Positions 23,547 to 36,797 are shown, counted from the whole stretch's first letter. The stretch: 63,484 nt of DNA, filler included, from Thraustochytrium aureum (GCA_012862495.1; 6 parts of 5 records of this genome joined end to end with filler, not necessarily neighbours in it), one strand, 5' to 3'. The notes: generated from the letters alone by a model not told the origin. Numbers and translations: made by a program.

Positions 23547-24534
23547 GACCAGCAGCACAGCAAGCGTGGACGGTGCTGCCTGCGCTCAGTGGGTGCATCG
23601 CTTAACGGAGGGCGCAGTTATGGTCGGTCTTGTGCGGCGGTCCGCGAGACTGACGCACACCGCGCGGCACCACTCGGGCAAGCACGGCAAACGAGCCCCT
23701 CGGGTCTCTGACGGCCCTGCTCTGTGCACGGCTGCTGACTCTCGGTGCCAATTCTGGGCGAGGCGGGGCGTTTCAGCGACAGCAAGAACGATCCTCCGTC
23801 GCCACCGTGCACGCGGGAATCCAGCGACAGTGTCGGGAAAGGGCGCCAATTTTGAAGGCATTCACGAATCATTGCCCGCCCTGTCTTGCTGATCTTGGCG
23901 CCCGGGGCTGGGCGGGGCGGTTGGTTTTGGGTCTCAAAAAAACAACGCAACGCCTTCGTTCTGAATGAAATGGATTTGGCCCGTCCCTCGTACCGGACAC
24001 GGGTTTATGTTTTTGCGTTTTCACTGATTTCGAGACGAGTCTCTTGATGTGTAGGGCGGAATTCAGTCGTGCGATCTCGGCAAGCATGTTTTGGGCAGCC
24101 TGGTTTTTCTGGCCAAGGAGGACCCTTGGCGCATCAAGTGCGCTTGGGCGCCGTGTTTCCGGACAAGCCTTGGCGCTGTCGCGATACCGGAGACCATCCG
24201 TAGTCTGAGCCGCTCGAGAGCTCGCGCTAGAAATGGAGCGGTGCAGAAATCGGTAGCGCTTGAAAGATAGAGAACGCTTGCTGAACGCAGGGCAGCAAAC
24301 ATCTATGTACTACTAACATCGTAATCTTGTGGCCAAACGTATGTGGCGCGAAAGAAGCCAAACCCGCAACGCAACAGACCAGCAACCAGACTGCATGCCA
24401 GACTGCAGCTACAAAAGTGCAGCTGCGGCGACGAAACCCAACACAACTTGGCCGTGGCAGGCAGCGTACACTGCTTGCAAAAGAGCTCAGGCAAGGAAAG
24501 AAAGCGGGGCGTAAAGCCAAGCGACCTCAACACC

Positions 24535-25938
24535 ATGCTCTCCGAAGGTCACGAGGCCGCAAAGGTCGTCAAGGTCGACATCGAGCAACCCGATGAAGAC
24601 TCGAGCAGCGAGGTGTCCTCGACGGCCCAGGACCAGGGTCGTAAAATGGGCATCGTTGGCATGAGTGCCAACATCGTCAACTCTGTGGTCGGAGCCGGAA
24701 TCCTAGCGCTACCATACACGTTTGCCAACATCGGCTATGGAACCGGCATCATTTTGCTGATTTTGGGAGCGCTCATCACGTGGTGGGGTCTCCACCTCTT
24801 GAGCCGCGTCGCGCACCGCGTCTGGGTCGAGACAAGCGACGACAACCTCTCGTTCGGTTCCGTGTCAGCCCTGGTGTGGCGCTGGCTCCCCGCCATCGCG
24901 TCCTTTCTGACGCTGACCAACTGCTTCGTCATGCTCGTTGCATACCTGACAACGTTTGGAAACTTTATGACCAGCGTCGCGGCGTACGCCTCGGGGTCGC
25001 CAGGTACAGGCGGCGGGGTCTGGTACCTCGACCGCCGCGTGTATGTGCTGCTCGGGTGGGCTGTTGCAGTCCCTCTTTCGCTCCCGCGCAAGATCTCAGT
25101 CCTCAAGTACACAAGCATGGTAGCTGTGCTCATGGTACTCTACACAGCCGTCCTCGTGGTCGTGTACTCGATGCGCCCAGTTGAGGAGCTTTGCACCAAC
25201 TTTTTAGTCCTGCATTCGGTCAGCTCGTGCGTTGGGCCCCTCTGCTGCGTCTCGAGTGACCCGAACGCGGCGTGCTGCGTTGGGCCGGTGTATTTCTCTC
25301 GCGACGCGAGTCTCATCTTGGAGTACCTGCCAACAATGATCACGGCGTTTTGCTGCGCGGCGCAAATGTTTGCGCTGTTCAACGGGTTCCGCAGGCCGAC
25401 GATGAAGCGCCTCGACACGTCTTCCGCGAGCGCTATCGCCATCTGCGTTGCGCTTTACCTGGTCATCGCGATGTGCGGATACACGACATACGGCAGCGAG
25501 ATCTCTGACGACCTCCTCAGTAGCTACCCGCTGACGCCCGAGGTCACTGTGGCGCGCGCTGGGATCGCTCTCGTGCTGGTTTTCTCGTACCCGCTTTTCG
25601 CGCACGTCGCACGCGACGCAATTGTGCACCTCGTCACGCTATTGCCGGTGGCGGATCCGGAAGCGCTCGGCCGCTCGCGCGTGCTTTACTATTCGGCTGC
25701 GGCTGTCGTCTTGCTTGGCTCGCTGGGTTTGGCGCTTGCCAACATCGCGCTCGCCGTGCTTCTCAACATCGTCGGATCCATTTGCGTAGTCAACATCTCC
25801 TTCACGCTGCCGGCCGTGTTCTTCTGGGTCTTGTTCCGCGACGAGGGTTTAAGTTTTGCGCGGCTGACTTGCCCGCCGCTGGCCCTCTTCGGTGTGGGGC
25901 TCATGATCTACAACATCGTCGTGTGGGCCATGAACTGA
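24535..25938 (+). CDS. Amino acid transporter (Aa_trans/SLC38/AVT family)
   Basis: ANIVNSVVGAGILALPYTF, about 11 hydrophobic segments, LKYTS, GYTTYG, FSYPLF, FTLPAVFF. Confidence 0.92.
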   Translation: MLSEGHEAAKVVKVDIEQPDEDSSSEVSSTAQDQGRKMGIVGMSANIVNSVVGAGILALPYTFANIGYGTGIILLILGALITWWGLHLLSRVAHRVWVETSDDNLSFGSVSALVWRWLPAIASFLTLTNCFVMLVAYLTTFGNFMTSVAAYASGSPGTGGGVWYLDRRVYVLLGWAVAVPLSLPRKISVLKYTSMVAVLMVLYTAVLVVVYSMRPVEELCTNFLVLHSVSSCVGPLCCVSSDPNAACCVGPVYFSRDASLILEYLPTMITAFCCAAQMFALFNGFRRPTMKRLDTSSASAIAICVALYLVIAMCGYTTYGSEISDDLLSSYPLTPEVTVARAGIALVLVFSYPLFAHVARDAIVHLVTLLPVADPEALGRSRVLYYSAAAVVLLGSLGLALANIALAVLLNIVGSICVVNISFTLPAVFFWVLFRDEGLSFARLTCPPLALFGVGLMIYNIVVWAMN

Positions 25939-26464
25939 TCGCTTGCCAGCTAGCCTTGCTTGAGAGAGAGTGAGCTCATGTGCGAGCCAGGCGTGACGTA
26001 GTAAATGAATTAGTACAGTACTCTCCTCTGGACCTTAGCAGCGCAGCAAGGCATATCGAGCGCCCAGATATACGAGCAGCAACACTTTCGCGTCTGCACT
26101 TTGCGCAAGGCATCGTTGGGCGCGCACTTGGCAGAACCGCCCTTTCGAGAAATCAAGAAGAATGTTACTCTGGCGAGCGAATTCGGTTGCGCAGCGGCGC
26201 TACACCATCTGCTGTACAGCGCAGAAGGCGCTCTAGAGCCAGCAGGGCTGCATTGTTTCGCCCGCCGCCTTCCAGAGCCGCGGCTTTCGTCTCTCGCTCG
26301 AGCCGCTCTTCGAAGGATGGAAAACATGGTGAAACGAAATTTGTTGTTTGCCTGCTTGCACAGCCGTTCTCAACGACACGCACGGCCGCCCGCGCGGGCA
26401 CATATAGGAGGAGCCAATCAACGCAGCGCTTCGATTGGAAAACAAGGCAACACCGCAAGCGCAT

Positions 26465-26993
26465 TCACAGCGACTTGCCGTGGTCCTCGAGCACGCTAAA
26501 GAGCGGGCGGCTGTCTACTTCGCCCGTTGCCTTTGCGTCGGCATTCCTGAGCTTGCCAGCGTCCACCGGGACCACGGAGCCACCAAAGCCAAAGCCCTTG
26601 ATGCCGAAGCCCGTCGCATGGCACTTTTTGCAGTACGGATGGTTGTTGTGCTCGCGCCATTCGCCCTGGCGAAGCACCACCGAGCAGGTCGAGCAGCGAA
26701 AGCAGTCCTTGTGCCAGTCGCCGCCCAGCGCGTTCACCCTGTCAGCAAACCCGACCGTCTTCTCGCACTTGCGGCACCGAGACCCACCCCCAAGGTTGGA
26801 AAACTTGGAGTTGTACTTGAATTTGCTGGCCTTTGCAGCGGCGCTCTGGTCCTCCTCGGCGGGCGCAGCAGCCTCTTCGGCCGCCCTTGCTTCTTCAAGG
26901 GCCTTGCCCTTGAGGCGGGGAGCAGGCTCCTCCATCGGCGGCGCGGGACCGAACAGGTCGTCCTCGTCGTCGGGCGGCGCGGGCGGTCCAGCG
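26465..26993 (-). CDS. CRP/CRIP-type LIM domain protein (5' end in gap)
   Basis: CRKC...WHKDCFRCSTC...YCKKCH followed by Gly-rich FGIKGFGFG. Confidence 0.9.
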
Positions 26994-28496
26994 NNNNNNN
27001 NNNNNNNNNNNNNNNNNNNNNNNNNNNNNNNNNNNNNNNNNNNNNNNNNNNNNNNNNNNNNNNNNNNNNNNNNNNNNNNNNNNNNNNNNNNNNNNNNNNN
27101 NNNNNNNNNNNNNNNNNNNNNNNNNNNNNNNNNNNNNNNNNNNNNNNNNNNNNNNNNNNNNNNNNNNNNNNNNNNNNNNNNNNNNNNNNNNNNNNNNNNN
27201 NNNNNNNNNNNNNNNNNNNNNNNNNNNNNNNNNNNNNNNNNNNNNNNNNNNNNNNNNNNNNNNNNNNNNNNNNNNNNNNNNNNNNNNNNNNNNNNNNNNN
27301 NNNNNNNNNNNNNNNNNNNNNNNNNNNNNNNNNNNNNNNNNNNNNNNNNNNNNNNNNNNNNNNNNNNNNNNNNNNNNNNNNNNNNNNNNNNNNNNNNNNN
27401 NNNNNNNNNNNNNNNNNNNNNNNNNNNNNNNNNNNNNNNNNNNNNNNNNNNNNNNNNNNNNNNNNNNNNNNNNNNNNNNNNNNNNNNNNNNNNNNNNNNN
27501 NNNNNNNNNNNNNNNNNNNNNNNNNNNNNNNNNNNNNNNNNNNNNNNNNNNNNNNNNNNNNNNNNNNNCTGGACACTGCTTGTTCATGCCGAGTGCACTT
27601 TCTGCCAAGCGCGTGTGCAAGGAAGGCTTCACTTTCAACTTGCGCCAAATCGGACAATTACAAAAAAACAAAAAAAAAACAACAACAAAAAACAAGAACG
27701 ACTTGGCTCGGCAACAACAACAAAAAACAAGAACGACGACACACTGTTCGTTCGGAAGGAAGGAAAGGCGCCCACGAACCCTGAAGGAACACTGGACTGG
27801 ACTCGCGAGGCTGTCTACAGGTATAGTAGTGGACTCGCTGGTGTGCCAGCCAGCTCCGCTGGCGCTGGCTGGCGCCGACTCGGATGCCGTGAACACTGGG
27901 AGAGCGTTGTCGAACCTGCTTGCTCTCTCTCGACGTGGCAGAGTTCATCTTACTTCAGCCTGCTCTTGAGCTCTACGCTCCACCTCGGCGGAGGTGTGTG
28001 AGCATCCGAATATTCCGAGGCGACGGACAGGTTTCGCCGAGAGGAGCGCGGGGTTTCCTGTACCCGCACCGTGTGCATGAGAGGGCGAGGCGCTCCAGGC
28101 TGGTTGCTCCGATATCGCCGGCGGCCCTGTGACGCGGCCCCGCCCGCGGTCTCGAAACGTGTGGGCCCTATTTGGGACATTCAGACTGAAACGTGCGTCA
28201 CAGGGGACTGTGTATGACGCGCGCTGCCACGGCGGCAGGATGAGGTGGAGGCGGCCGACACGGAGCAGGAGGACGCAGCACTGGCAGAAGCCGAACGCGG
28301 GACGGGCAGGAGCAGCGCGGCGGCGGCGGCGGCGGCGGCGGCGGATCGGCAGTGGAACAGGCGCCGACGGCAGCGGCGGCCAGAGCTGGGCCGCGCCACG
28401 GAAAGGAAAAGAAGCGGAGGGCAACGGCGGAAGGTCTCGGCGGACGGCACTCTAGCTAGCTAGAGCGCGTCGGGAGCGCTAGAGCTGCTCGGCAAG

Positions 28497-31400
28497 ATGG
28501 AGGTGCCCTGCACCAAGTCGTGCAGGAACATCGAGCATGCCACCGTGTTCAAGGCGGCGCCCAGCAGGCGGCTCGGGGTCACGTCCGTTGGCGTGCTGCT
28601 CTATGCCATGGTGCTGCCGTATGTTTGGAACACGATGGGGCGAGCCCCGTCGACGCGCCGTCCTAGAAGCCGAAGTGATCGAATCCCGAAAGCTGAACGA
28701 GGAAGCCGCGTTCTTGGAGTCAAGCGAAGTCGAGGCCGAGGTAGTGTGGGAGGAGGAGGAGGACGAGGCCGCCCAAGTCTCGTTCGGCGAGGACGACGAC
28801 ATGTCTGACGGCGCCGCCGACGACGACATCGCTGCATGGAAGACCCCGGACGACGAAATCGTCGCCGTGAGCGACAGCGCCCCGAAGCGGCGCAGCAAGC
28901 GCTCCGCCAATGGGACGGAAGAGGAGGAGGAGGCCGAGGACGCCCGCCCCTTGCCCTCGCCCTACTTGCCCGATGCTGGGGCAGCTGCTGCCCTCTTTCT
29001 GCTGGCCACAGGCACGGCGCTGTTCAACTTGCTGTGCCATTGGTTCGTCTGGTTCAAAGCCGCCATGTACTTTGAGCGGTCTGAGAAGGTCGAGCGGGGC
29101 GCCTTCGTCCTCGTCCTCCCTTATGCGCACCGCGGCAAGGCCGAACTCGTGCCAGTGTTCGTGGACGAAAAGTCTGGCAACTGCTGCTTCGAGTTCCAGC
29201 GCCAAAAGTTCGAGCTCGTGCGCGAGCTCAACCTCAGCGAAGTCAAGCTGCTCGGCATCTCCAAGGTGGGCGAGCAGGTTGACCACGACGACGAGGACGT
29301 CGTGCTGCAGCAGCTCTCCAAAGAGGAGCGCGCCGCCTTCGAGGCCGCCACCCGCAAAGTGCTCAAGGAGCTAGGCGCCTTCCAGCCGGTCGTGAGCCGC
29401 TCCGACCTCCCTGTGAGCGAGTACATTCGCAGCCGCGGGCACCGCACCGCCCGTGCCGTGGAAGAGCACGCATCCAGATACGGGATCAACAGCTTGCAGA
29501 TCGAGTCCAAGACTATGCCGCAGCTCGTCAAGGAGGGCCTCCTGTCGCCACTGTCCATGTTCCAGTTCTTCTCCGCCGCGCTGTGGCTAATGGACGAGTA
29601 CTGGCAGTACACCATCTTCAACCTGCTCAGCATCGTGATGATGGAGGCGATGACGGCCTTCCAGCGCTTTCGCACCCTCAAGACTCTGAAAGGCCTCGCA
29701 CCACAGCCGTACGAGCTCCCAGTGTACCGCGCGGGGGCCTGGGTCAACCTCAAGACCACCGAGCTGCTGCCTGGCGACCTCATCTCGCTCAGCTCGTCGG
29801 CGCACGCAGCCGGGACCAAGAGCGGCACCGACGCCGTCCCGTGCGACTGCCTCATCCTTCACGGGAGCGCCGTCGTCAACGAGGCCACGCTGACAGGGGA
29901 GAGTGTGCCGCAGATGAAGGACGCCCTGAAGAGCACGACGCACGCTGATAGCAGCGACCTGCTCGACGTGCAAGGCCGCGACCGCGTGCACGTCATGTTT
30001 TCCGGCACCACGCTTATCTCGGCGACGCCAGGGGACGAGGTGCCCGAAGCGAGCGAGGCCTTCCCCACCCCGCCGGACGGCGGATGCCTCTGCTACGTCT
30101 TGCGCACCGGGTTTGGGTCCTCGCAAGGTGAGCTCATGCAGATGATCGAGTTCTCCACCGAGCAAGTCTCTGCCGACTCGCGCGAGACCGGGATCGCCCT
30201 GCTCGTCCTGCTCTGCTTTGCCATGTGCAGCGCCGGCTACGTCTTCAAGAAGGGGATGGAGAAGGGCGACCGCACCACGCACGAGCTCCTCCTCAAGTGC
30301 ATCATCATCCTCACCAGCGTCGTGCCGCGCCAGCTGCCGATCCAGATGGCGCTCGCCGTCAACCACGCGCTCATGACGCTGATGCGCGAGGGCATTTTCT
30401 GCACCGAGCCCTTCCGCGTCCCTTACAGCGGCAAGATCACGCATTGCCTGTTTGACAAGACCGGGACGCTCACCACGGACGAGCTCGTCCCCGTCGGCGT
30501 CGTCAACCCCGGCGGCCAGGGCGCCGCCAAGGCTCTGCCGAGCGACCAGGCAGCCAAGGCTAAAGACCTCCTGGTCGGCGTCGACAAGGCCGCGCTGAAC
30601 GCCACGATGGTGCTTGCCGCGTGCCACTCGCTCGTGGCCATGCCCGTCAAGGCCCCGGCCGGGCCCGGGCCCGAGCCAGGGAGGCCCGCGATAGTCGCGC
30701 CAAAGGCACCCTCTGCAGAGCTGCTTGGCGACCCTATCGAGCTCGCCGCTATGCGCGGCGTCAAGTGGAGCTTTGACCCAAAGTCGGAGATCGCGAGCCC
30801 CGGCGACCTCAAGACCATCGAGGCCGCCATCGTTGCCACGAAAGGAAAGGCGGCCTCCGCGGCGGCCGAGGCGGCCGACGCGAGCCTGTCTGGCCCGCTT
30901 CGCGCGGCAGCTGAAAAGCTCGTCAAGGAGCTGCAGGCCAAGGTGGCCGCGCTCGAAAAGTCGCTCACCGAGGCGCGCGCACTGGCCGCAAGTAGCCCTG
31001 TCCAGGCGCTCAAGATCGTGCAGCGGTTCCACTTTTCGAGCAAGCTGCAGCGCATGAGCGTGCTTTGCAAGGTCAAGCAGAAGGGCTCGGCAGAGTTTGA
31101 GCGCGCTGCCCGCTGCCTGGTCAAAGGGCTCACCCGAGGCCGTTGGCCGCCTCCTGCGCGAGGGCTCAGAGCCGGCCTGGTACCGCTCGGCGTACCGCCG
31201 GCTCGCCGAGGAAGGAATGCGCGTTCTCGCGCTTGGCGTCAAGGAGCTGCCCCCGGGAACCGACCTGACGACGCTCTCCCGCGACGAGGCCGAGGCAGAT
31301 CTTGAGTTTGCGGGCTTTATCGCGTTCGAGTGCATGACGCGAGCCGACAGCGCAATGGTGATCAAGTCGCTGCGCGAGGCAGACCACCGCGTTGCGATGA

Positions 31401-31914
31401 TCACCGGCGATGCTCCGCTCACGGCGCTACATGTGGCGCGCAAGACGTATATTTGCGGCGACCCCGAGCGGCTCCCCAACCCGCCGTTGCTCCTCACGCT
31501 GACCGCCGGCAAGGACGGCGTAGAATGGGTGGGTGCCGTCGGGGACGAGGACTCGTGCATCCGCATCCCATTTCAAGTCGAAAAAATGCCAGAGCTCAGC
31601 GCCACCCACGACCTGCTCACAACAGAGGACGCGTTGCTGGAGGCCGTGCTCTTGACGACGGGCCGGATCTGGCGGTACGTGGAGCTCTTCCAGGTATTTG
31701 CGCGCATGTCCCCGCAAGGCAAGGCAAAGATCATCCGCATGATCCAGCAGTTCCAAGACTCGGACCGCAACCCCGAGACCGAGAGCTTTGTCGCGAGCAA
31801 GCAGACCAACTTTGTTCTCATGTGCGGCGACGGCGGAAACGACGTGGGCGCCCTAAAGCAAGCCGACGTCGGCCTCGCGCTGCTCTCAGGCTACGGCAAC
31901 GCCAACACGGCCGA
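28497..31914 (+). CDS. P5A-type ATPase (Spf1/ATP13A1-like); 3' truncated, frameshifts near 28640 and 31127
   Basis: VPCDCLIL.GSAVVNEATLTGESVPQMK, LRTGFGSSQG, IFCTEPFRVP.SGK...FDKTGTLT, RFHFSSKLQRMSV, KGSPE, MITGD, FARMSPQGK, MCGDGGNDVGALKQADVG. Confidence 0.93.
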
Positions 31915-31958
31915 NNNNNNNNNNNNNNNNNNNNNNNNNNNNNNNNNNNNNNNNNNNN

Positions 31959-31970
31959 TTAATTAATTAA
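31959..31970. other. Artificial scaffold linker TTAATTAATTAA
   Basis: Same linker inside an N spacer. Confidence 0.97.
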
Positions 31971-32015
31971 NNNNNNNNNNNNNNNNNNNNNNNNNNNNNN
32001 NNNNNNNNNNNNNNC

Positions 32016-32651
32016 CTCGGCAAGCGCAGGCTCGAGAAGGCGATGCGCGCTGTGGCTGCCAAGGATAAAGCGGTGCAGTTCGAGGTCACGTGGAAGCCGT
32101 TCTTCTTGGACAGCGCGCTGCCCAAGGAGGGCGTCAACAAGCTCGCGCACTATGAGAAAAAGTTTGGCAAAGAGCGCACGGCGGCCATGGTCCCGGCCAT
32201 GAAGCGCAACGGGCTCGCGGACGGGGTCAACTTTAGCTACGGCGGCTTGCTGGCCAACACGCTCAACAGCCACCGCGTCATCGAGCTCGCCCTGGAGAAG
32301 GGCGGCCGCGAGGCGCAAGACAAGGTCGTCGAGGAGCTTTTTCACAACTACTTTGAGGAGGAGAAGAACATTGGCGACCCGGCTGTGCTGGAGAGCGCTC
32401 TTGCCAAGGCAGGGGTCGAGCTTCCCCCTGGGCGCGCGAAGGCTTTCATCGAGGGCTCGGATCTCGCCGACAAGGTCAACGCCGAAGCGGACCACATGCG
32501 CCAAAAGTACGCAATCTCGGGCGTCCCATTCTTTATTGTCCGTGCTGGAGGCCGCGACCTGACGACCGTGTCGGGCGCGCAAGACCCGACGCACTTTGAG
32601 CATATCTTGGAGCTCGCCGCCGAGGAGGCAGAGGAGGCCAACGACGCCTGA
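32016..32651 (+). CDS. DsbA-like/FrnE thioredoxin-fold oxidoreductase; 5' truncated, active-site CxxC missing
   Basis: GKRRLEKAM...VTWKPFFLD, NTLNSHRVIE, LFHNYFEE, ISGVPFFIV, VSGAQ. Confidence 0.88.
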   Translation, partial: LGKRRLEKAMRAVAAKDKAVQFEVTWKPFFLDSALPKEGVNKLAHYEKKFGKERTAAMVPAMKRNGLADGVNFSYGGLLANTLNSHRVIELALEKGGREAQDKVVEELFHNYFEEEKNIGDPAVLESALAKAGVELPPGRAKAFIEGSDLADKVNAEADHMRQKYAISGVPFFIVRAGGRDLTTVSGAQDPTHFEHILELAAEEAEEANDA

Positions 32652-33520
32652 GCCTTGGCGGTCACCACCGTGTCGAAACCAGCCACGCAGCGCGCCCCAA
32701 GCTGCCGCATTCCGTCCAACCCCCACGTCTCTAAACTACCGATAGCTCGGCATTCCGCGCCCGACAAACAACCGTCTCGCTGCAAAAGCCTACCCGCGCG
32801 GCGCTTGCCCACTTCCAGCACCTCGAGTTTTTAACACCCCTGCAGTGCTCGTTGAGCGCCACATTCTGCGCCGACCCTCCTCGCCGAGAACCTCGACCAG
32901 GCCGAGCTAAACATAACCCATCAGCCCCTGCTATGTTCATTGTGCGCCACATTGTGCGCCATCTCTTCGCCGCCCAAGCCGAGCTACACATCATCCATCC
33001 AACCCAAAACAGCCAAACCAACCAAGCAGCGTTTCGCAGCGCCGCCTATCGTCGCGACCAGCGGTTCTCCCGACGTCCATCATCTCTGGCTCCGTCGCGA
33101 CGAGCTATTGCTGTGCGATGACCTCGTCCACGTCTTGTCCATGCTCGCCCAACTACAACAACAACAACAACAACAACGAGAAGGAGCAAAACCTGAGAGC
33201 GAGCTCGACCGAGCAGAGCCCGAACGAACCGGCGCCCGCGCAGCACCGCGGCCACCGCCGCAGGTCCTGCTGCTGCTGCTGCTGCTGCTTGCTGTGTCGG
33301 TGGCCGGGCAGGCTTCGTGCTGCTCTGGCGTGGCCGCACGCGCGCGCGCACGCACGCGCAAGCAAGCGGCGAGCGAGCGAGCCTCTTGCGCGGTTGTGGG
33401 CGAGGTTGTTTTGGACGGGGATCGCGTGAGAGCTCGGCTTGCGCGCGTGAAGGGCCGCGGAGACGCGCACGGAGCGGCTCAGGGACGGCCGAGCTGGCTC
33501 GGGGCGGGCCGGCGGGCGGG

Positions 33521-36500
33521 ATGGAAGGGACTCGGGCAACTGGGCAAAGCGGTGAGGTCGCAGAAGACCCGCGACAGGTTGGAGCGCTGCTCGAAAAGGC
33601 CTGCGCTGTGCTGTACAATGAGGCGACGAGCAAAGAGGCGCGCAGGGAGGCCGACCAGTGGATCACCGAGTTCCAGAAGAGCACGGTGGCGTGGCAAGTG
33701 GTCGACATGATATTGTCCGACGCAAACGTCGGGCTAGAGCTGTCGTTCCTGGCGGCCAAGACGTTTCAGAGCAAACTTCGCTTTGACTATTTCGAACAGG
33801 TGAGCCCTTCGCAGCGCGTGGCGCTGAGGGAGGGCCTGCTGGGCCATCTCGTGAGGCAGTTTGTGCTGCCTGGCCGGAACGCGGTGACAACACAGCTTTG
33901 CCTTGCTGTGGCCGCGCTGGTTATTCAGATGGACGAGTGGCAGGGCGCCATCACTGACCTGGCCGCGCGCATGGGCAGGCAAGGCGGCGAGTCCTCCTCG
34001 ATAGTCTTGGTAGAGCTCTTGCAGCGCATTGTCGAAGAGCACCACGACAACTCGCTCAACGTGGGCGACGCCCGTCGCGCCGCGCTCTCTAGTGAGCTCT
34101 ACGACTGCAGCGGAGACGTGCTGGCTTTCCTGGAGCAGAGAGCAGCTGCGAGCGCTGGAAACGTCGCCGTGCAGCTCAAGGTGCTCGACTGCTTGCGCGC
34201 TTGGGTGTCGATAGTCGAAGTGCCCGGGGAGTCCCTGGCGCGCAGCCCGCTGCTCGACGGCCTGTTCGGCGCCATCGCCGCCGGAACCGAGGTTTTTGAG
34301 CACGCCATTGACGTGGTCGTCGCCATCGTTCACAAGTACCGAGTGATCGAGGATGACGCCCACGCGGCAGTCGTCCACGCCGTCCTCTCGCGCGTTGGGG
34401 GGCTCGAGGCCGTCTACTTGCGCGCGCAGCGGGAGGAAGACGACGAGGTCTGCGGTGGCATTGTCAAGGTGTTTAGCCAAGTTTGCCTCGCTCATGTGGA
34501 CATCCTGGCTCAGAACCAGCCCGTGGAAAGCTTGAAGCGCATCCAGGCAGAGGTCGAGCAAGTTGTGCGGCTAGTGCTGCTGGGCAGCGAGCACGGCAAC
34601 TTTGAGGTGGCGTCGCGGACGTGGTTCTTCTGGCAGCGGCTGCTCGAGATTCTGGACCGCCTCGGCAACCTCGCGGGCGGAGGCGCGCCCCACGCGGGGG
34701 CTCCCGCCTCGCAGCGGCGCGACGCGCTCGTCCCTCTCGTGGAAAGGGCGCTCGCGTGTGCCGTGCGCCACGCCGAGGTGCCGGCCGAGCANNNNNNNNN
34801 NNNNNNNNNNNNNNNNNNNNNNNNNNNNNNNNNNNNNNNNNNNNNNNNNNNNNNNNNNNNNNNNNNNNNNNNNNNNNNNNNNNNNNNNNNNNNNNNNNNN
34901 NNNNNNNNNNNNNNNNNNNNNNNNNNNNNNNNNNNNNNGAGCAACGCGCCGATGGTGTGTAGCCGCACGCTTGACGAAGAGTTTTACTACAACCGGCGCG
35001 ACATCGAGGAGCTCTTGCTGGAGGCCTGCACGCTGTTGGGGTCTGAGCGGGTGGTGACGCAGCTCAAGGACGAGCTTGGCGCTACGCTTGCCGGGCTCGA
35101 GGCCGACCAGTCGCCGAACGGCAGCGGCTGGCGGCGGGTCGAAGCCCGCCTCTTCGCCACTAACGCGGTGGCCAGCGCGTGCTCGTTCGCGAGCTCTAGC
35201 TCGACGTGTCACGTCGCAATCGACTTTGTCATGGCCGTCATCTTGCGCTTGCCGAACATCTCGATGCTCTTGCGTGAGACTTCGACGCGGATTTTTGGCT
35301 CCTTTGCGAAGTTTCTGCGCTACAATCCGCAAAAACTTGACCCAGTGGTCACCTACGCGCTGGAGAGCTTGCAGATGGCCCCGCACGAGCTCGGGCCTTG
35401 CGCGACGCGCACGCTCCTGCGCGTAGTGGACCACTGCCGCCGCGACCTCATCTTTGCCGGAGCCAAGCTGTTCGCGGTCTCCCAGGTCGCGCAGCTCCGG
35501 TAAACGAGCGCGCCGACCTGATCGAGTGCCTCGCGCTCGTTATAGCGGCGCAGCCGTTGGAGCAGGCGCAAGCGGCCATGGTGCACGTGGCAGCGCCCGC
35601 GTGCCAGCTCTTGCAGCGCGCCGAACAAGCCAGCGAGGATGACGTTGTCTTTGCACTTCGGACGGTCGAAGTCCTCATACGGTTCGGCCAGCCTGCGCAC
35701 GAGCACGACTCGAGCCGCCAGAGAAGCGGGCCGGTGCCGCCAGTTCCGCACCCGGGGCAGCATGTTTTTGAGCAGCTCTGGCCCACTCTGGTGGACCTCA
35801 CCCGGATGCTCTGTAGCAACGCAAAGGTAGTCGAGCGGCTTGCTGCGCTCTTCAAGGCGGCGATCCGCAAGGTCAACTTTGAGCCCGCGCTCTCGCCGTT
35901 CTTCTCGCTCATGGCCGAGTGCTTTGAGCAGTCAGGGGCCTCCCCGCTCATGTACGCTGCTGGGATTGCAATGGAGCGCTTTGCGCGCCCCGACACGTTC
36001 GAGCAGATTCTCGGGATCTCTCAAGCGTTTACTTCCAAGGCGATCCTGCGGCTTGCCCCGCCTCCGGCGCACTCGATGGTCGAGCACCCGGACGTCGTGG
36101 AAGACCTGTTCATCACGCTGGATCGCGTGTTGCGCGCGCAGCCTGTGGCGCTCATGGACGCGCCGTTCTTCGCGCAAGAGCTCTTCCCTTATGCGGTTGA
36201 GGGGCTGCTTCTCGAACACCGGCAGGCCAACCATGCTCTGCTGCTTTTCGTTGAGAATGTCCTTCTCGCGATTGCGCGGCACAACCACGCGCGGGGCCTT
36301 GCGCTTGCCCAAGAGTTTGCGCCCCGATCGCTGACGAGCTCGTTTCCGGTGTGGCTGGCGCGCTGCCGCGGGCACGTATCTCGTCGCAGACGGACGGTTC
36401 GCTCTCGATGACTCTTCTGGCGCTTGCCAAGCTGTTCCCGAACGAGTGGCCGCAGCTCCTGGCGCACGCCCTGCAAGCGCTGCCTCAACTCGACGTGCAG

Positions 36501-36626
36501 GGTCGCCAGCTAGCGCACCAGTCCATCCTGCAGGCGGGAACAGTCTCGCAGGATGACTTTATCAACGCCTTGTACACGCTGTCGCACGCCGCGCGTCACC
36601 GGCTCGACCGGAAGACCAAAAAATAG
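33521..36626 (+). CDS. Transportin-3/Mtr10-like importin-beta family protein; frameshifts near 35497 and 36324
   Basis: ADQWITEFQKSTVAWQV, FLAAKTFQSKLRFD, VTTQLCLAVAALVIQMDEW, WRRVEARLFA, EHPDVVEDLF; HEAT-like throughout. Confidence 0.88.
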
Positions 36627-36696
36627 CAAGCAACTAACCAAAAGCCAGATTGCATTTCAAAGCCAGCGGCCGAAGCGCAACAGGTGGAAGTGGCGC

Positions 36697-36797
36697 GACC
36701 GCATCGATTGGCGCGACCACAGCCAGCCTCGACGATAGACCGCATCGATTGGCGCGGCCACAGCCTGCCTCGACGATAGACCGCATCTTTTGGCGCG
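36697..36797. repeat. 41-nt tandem repeat (about 2.5 copies) downstream of the transportin gene
   Basis: Unit GACCGCATCGATTGGCGCGACCACAGCCAGCCTCGACGATA starting at 36697, 36738 and 36779. Confidence 0.85.

Noticed and set aside
32652..33100. SECIS element for a selenocysteine DsbA/FrnE
   Set aside because: The active-site codons lie beyond the scaffold edge and I see no RTGA...AA...GA SECIS core downstream.
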